Shown here piece by piece: positions 29,830 through 32,071 of a DNA stretch of 32,071 nucleotides. The DNA comes from Acidobacteriota bacterium (GTDB lineage Bacteria; Acidobacteriota; Thermoanaerobaculia; Multivoradales; DATKCC01): contig JASFUJ010000001.1 in assembly GCA_050050355.1 (NCBI GenBank), positions 1-32,071 on the forward strand, written 5' to 3'. The position numbers were made by a program, and so were the translations under genes. How positions within the stretch are numbered: the first letter of the stretch is position 1; every line of letters starts with the position of its first letter. The notes below the pieces were generated by a model. The model saw nothing but the letters and a program-made list of their open reading frames with translations, ran no database searches and was not told the origin of the DNA.

Positions 29830-32071
29830 ATGCCAGAACAAGTAAATATTGCAAGCTTAACGATTAACGTTGACGACGTTATCAAAGAAAGTGTTCGACT
29901 TCAAAAGGAAATCGACAAGGTAAAAAACGCGCAAAAAGACCTTGACCGTACAACTGAAGAAGGGGCGGCGGCTTACGCGAAGTCTGAAGCACAATTAAAG
30001 AATTTGAATAAAGCTTACAGGGACAATCAGAACTTCGCGGCGGCTTTAGATGCTGCAAACACAGACCTAACAAAGACAATGCAAGTTCAAGGTAAGTCAA
30101 CGCAAGAACTTTACGACAGCCGACGTCAACTTCAGCAAATTGCGAAAAACATTGCAGGGGACACAGAAGAAGAAATTCAGCTTAGGGAACAATTAAACAC
30201 AGCCATTGACGAACAAACAGAAGCTTTGCGCGGTCAAAGTGCTGAATTTATTCAGGGAAAAGATTCAATTGGGGAATATACGAAAGGAATCAACGCTTCT
30301 GATTTAAGTCTTCAAAATATTATTACGGCTTCTTCTGAAGCTGGCGGCGCGACAAATCTTTTGAAGGGTGGATTGAAAGCCGCTACTTCTGGAATGATGG
30401 GATTTATTAAAGCTTCGCTTGCATTTATAGCAACGCCCGTTGGGATTGTTCTTGCTGCGATTGCTGGCGCGTTCTTATTGATTAAAAATGCAATGCAACG
30501 GAACGAGGAAACAATGAACAAAGTTAAAACGGCGGTGTCTGGCATTACTGGCGTTTTTAAAGGTTTGTTAAAATTCCTTGAACCGCTTGGGAAATTCCTT
30601 GTTGACGGACTTGTAAAAGGTTTTGAATTAGTTGAAAAAGGAATATTTAAAACAATGCAAGCCCTTGAAAAAGGTCTTCGTCTTGTAGGTCTTGACAAAG
30701 CCGCCGACAATCTTCACAACTTTACGGCGGCAATTGAAGAAACTGCAAAGGCAAACAAAGAACTTACGCTTGCTGAATTAGAATACACAAAAGCGCAAAG
30801 GCAAGCAAGAAAGACGCAACTTGAATATCAGAAACAAGCCGAAAAGCTTCGTCAAGTTAGGGACGACGAAAACAAGTCGATTAAAGAACGTATTGCAGCA
30901 AACGAAGAACTAGGAAAGGTTTTGAACAAACAGTTGAACGAAGAACTTGCACTTGCACAAAAAGCCCTTGACGTTGCGAATCTTAGAATTAAAGTTGAAG
31001 GCGAAACAACCGAAGCACTTGACGCCCGCGCCGAAGCTGAAACTGAAATTGCAGACATTCAAGAACGAATAACAGGTCAAACTTCTGAACAATTAACGAA
31101 TCGTGTTGCACTTCAAAAAGAAGCCGCTGACCAAATAAAAGCAATTGAAGACCAAAAAGAAGCCGACGCAATCGAAGCCGCTAAAAAGAAAATGGAAGCG
31201 GACAAAGAAGCCGCTGAAGCTGCGATTGAATTGGCGCGGTTTGAATTAAGTGAATATATTCGGGCGAACAAATCAAAGCTTGATTCAGATAAATTCCTGA
31301 CACAAGAAGCGGTTGCAGAAGAAACGCGAAGGCTTGAAGCACTTGCTGAAAAGCGTCGGGAATATGAAGCTTTAAGACTTGAAGAAGGTCAGATTTCCCA
31401 GCTTGAATATAATGAAGCTATTGCAACTATAAACGAAGAAAATCAAGCTTCAATTGACGAACTAAATCAAGCAAGAAAGGAAGCTGAAGCTGAACAGAAG
31501 GCAATTGACGCGGAAAACGAATTGATATTTCTTGAAGAACAAGGGAATAAAACCTTTGAAGTTATGCAACGGCGGCTTGAAATGGAAAAAGAAGCCGAAA
31601 TTGCAAACGCTGAAAAGACTGGGGCTGATATTGACAAAATAAATAAGAAATACGCCCAACGTGAAAAGCTTCTTCAGGATTCTATTTCAGACGCTAAACT
31701 TGCGGGTTTTCAATCGGTGTTTGATTCATACGCTTCAATTCTTGGGGAACAAACAAAAGCAGGGAAAGCCGCTGCGATTGCTTCAACATTAATTTCAACA
31801 TATCAAGGGGCGCAACAAGCTTTCACTTCGTTGTCAGGTATTCCAGTTGTCGGAACGGCTTTAGGTATTGCGGCGGCGGCGGCGGCTGTTGTTGCTGGTA
31901 TTCAGCGCGTGAATAAAATTAGAAGTTCGCCTGATAAATATTCAAAAGGGGATATTTTACGGGGAAGAAGTCATTCACGGGGCGGAATACCTTTTTCAAT
32001 TGCTGGGGGTCTTGGTTTCGAAGCTGAAGGCGGCGAAGCTTTAATCAATAAAAAATCAACTTCAATGTTTG
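29830..32071 (+). CDS. tape-measure-like protein, N-terminal and central part (3' end runs off the window; continues as 1..1193 after wrap-around)
   Basis: It is absent from the ORF track because no stop occurs before the window end. I translated it codon by codon from ATG 29830 (MPEQVNIASLTINVDDVIKESVRLQKEIDK...) with no in-frame stop through 31140, after which it is collinear with 1..963. It is coiled-coil rich and has a hydrophobic segment, GFIKASLAFIATPVGIVLAAIAGAFLLI. Joined across the wrap, the gene would be 2472 nt. Confidence 0.7.
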   Translation, partial: MPEQVNIASLTINVDDVIKESVRLQKEIDKVKNAQKDLDRTTEEGAAAYAKSEAQLKNLNKAYRDNQNFAAALDAANTDLTKTMQVQGKSTQELYDSRRQLQQIAKNIAGDTEEEIQLREQLNTAIDEQTEALRGQSAEFIQGKDSIGEYTKGINASDLSLQNIITASSEAGGATNLLKGGLKAATSGMMGFIKASLAFIATPVGIVLAAIAGAFLLIKNAMQRNEETMNKVKTAVSGITGVFKGLLKFLEPLGKFLVDGLVKGFELVEKGIFKTMQALEKGLRLVGLDKAADNLHNFTAAIEETAKANKELTLAELEYTKAQRQARKTQLEYQKQAEKLRQVRDDENKSIKERIAANEELGKVLNKQLNEELALAQKALDVANLRIKVEGETTEALDARAEAETEIADIQERITGQTSEQLTNRVALQKEAADQIKAIEDQKEADAIEAAKKKMEADKEAAEAAIELARFELSEYIRANKSKLDSDKFLTQEAVAEETRRLEALAEKRREYEALRLEEGQISQLEYNEAIATINEENQASIDELNQARKEAEAEQKAIDAENELIFLEEQGNKTFEVMQRRLEMEKEAEIANAEKTGADIDKINKKYAQREKLLQDSISDAKLAGFQSVFDSYASILGEQTKAGKAAAIASTLISTYQGAQQAFTSLSGIPVVGTALGIAAAAAAVVAGIQRVNKIRSSPDKYSKGDILRGRSHSRGGIPFSIAGGLGFEAEGGEALINKKSTSMF
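31109..32071 (+). repeat. wrap-around / terminal redundancy copy B (partner 1-963)
   Basis: See copy A. The flanks are identical (127 nt and 105 nt) around a diverged core. Confidence 0.9.

Noticed and set aside
30312-31659. The track lists minus-strand ORFs inside the tape-measure region (30312..30710, 30852..31058, 30910..31092, 30989..31171, 31462..31659, and also 343..648 and 29882..30100).
   Set aside because: They lie antisense to a continuous plus-strand reading frame. Their products are low-complexity (S/A/F/L-rich), as expected from the reverse complement of GAA/GCT/AAG-rich coding sequence.

Overview
The window holds one complete tailed dsDNA phage genome with a unit length of about 31.1 kb, plus 0.96 kb of overlap. 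Nt 1-963 is collinear with nt 31109-32071 (constant offset 31108) but not identical, and both copies lie inside a tape-measure-like gene. I count 45 tightly packed genes in two arms. The leftward arm (10234 down to 1710) has 24 mostly small early genes, six of which are below the 60-aa ORF-track cutoff. It encodes Zn-finger, RHH and HTH proteins, two HNH/NinG-like nucleases, a Top6A/Spo11-like Toprim protein, a Rad52-like annealase, a YqaJ/RecB-like exonuclease and a DnaA-domain-IV-like protein. The rightward arm runs from 10475 through the wrap point to 1632. It encodes a ClpP-like prohead protease/scaffold, capsid, portal candidate, neck/tail genes, holin, an SGNH-esterase fibre, an M15 endolysin, TerS, TerL, two large distal tail proteins, the tape measure and a membrane protein. 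The arms diverge at a 240-bp AT-rich control region (10235-10474) and converge on a bidirectional hairpin terminator (1664-1699). Several features suggest a Bacteroidota (Flavobacteriia-like) host, which is inference: no Shine-Dalgarno sequences, recurrent AATT-ATG start contexts, TTTG-N17-19-TAnnTTTG-type promoter boxes and a DUF4494-like gene. I recognised no integrase or lysogeny module, tRNA, CRISPR array, reverse transcriptase, DNA polymerase, helicase or primase. The observations I rate most worth follow-up are these: (1) a stand-alone Spo11/Top6A-like protein co-transcribed with a Rad52-like annealase; (2) a conserved palindromic promoter/operator box that splits the early arm into units; (3) the diverged wrap-around copy of the tape-measure gene; (4) a 145-aa module shared by two tail genes; (5) a lysis cassette interrupted by the fibre gene. 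All family assignments come from motif reading by eye, not from database searches.
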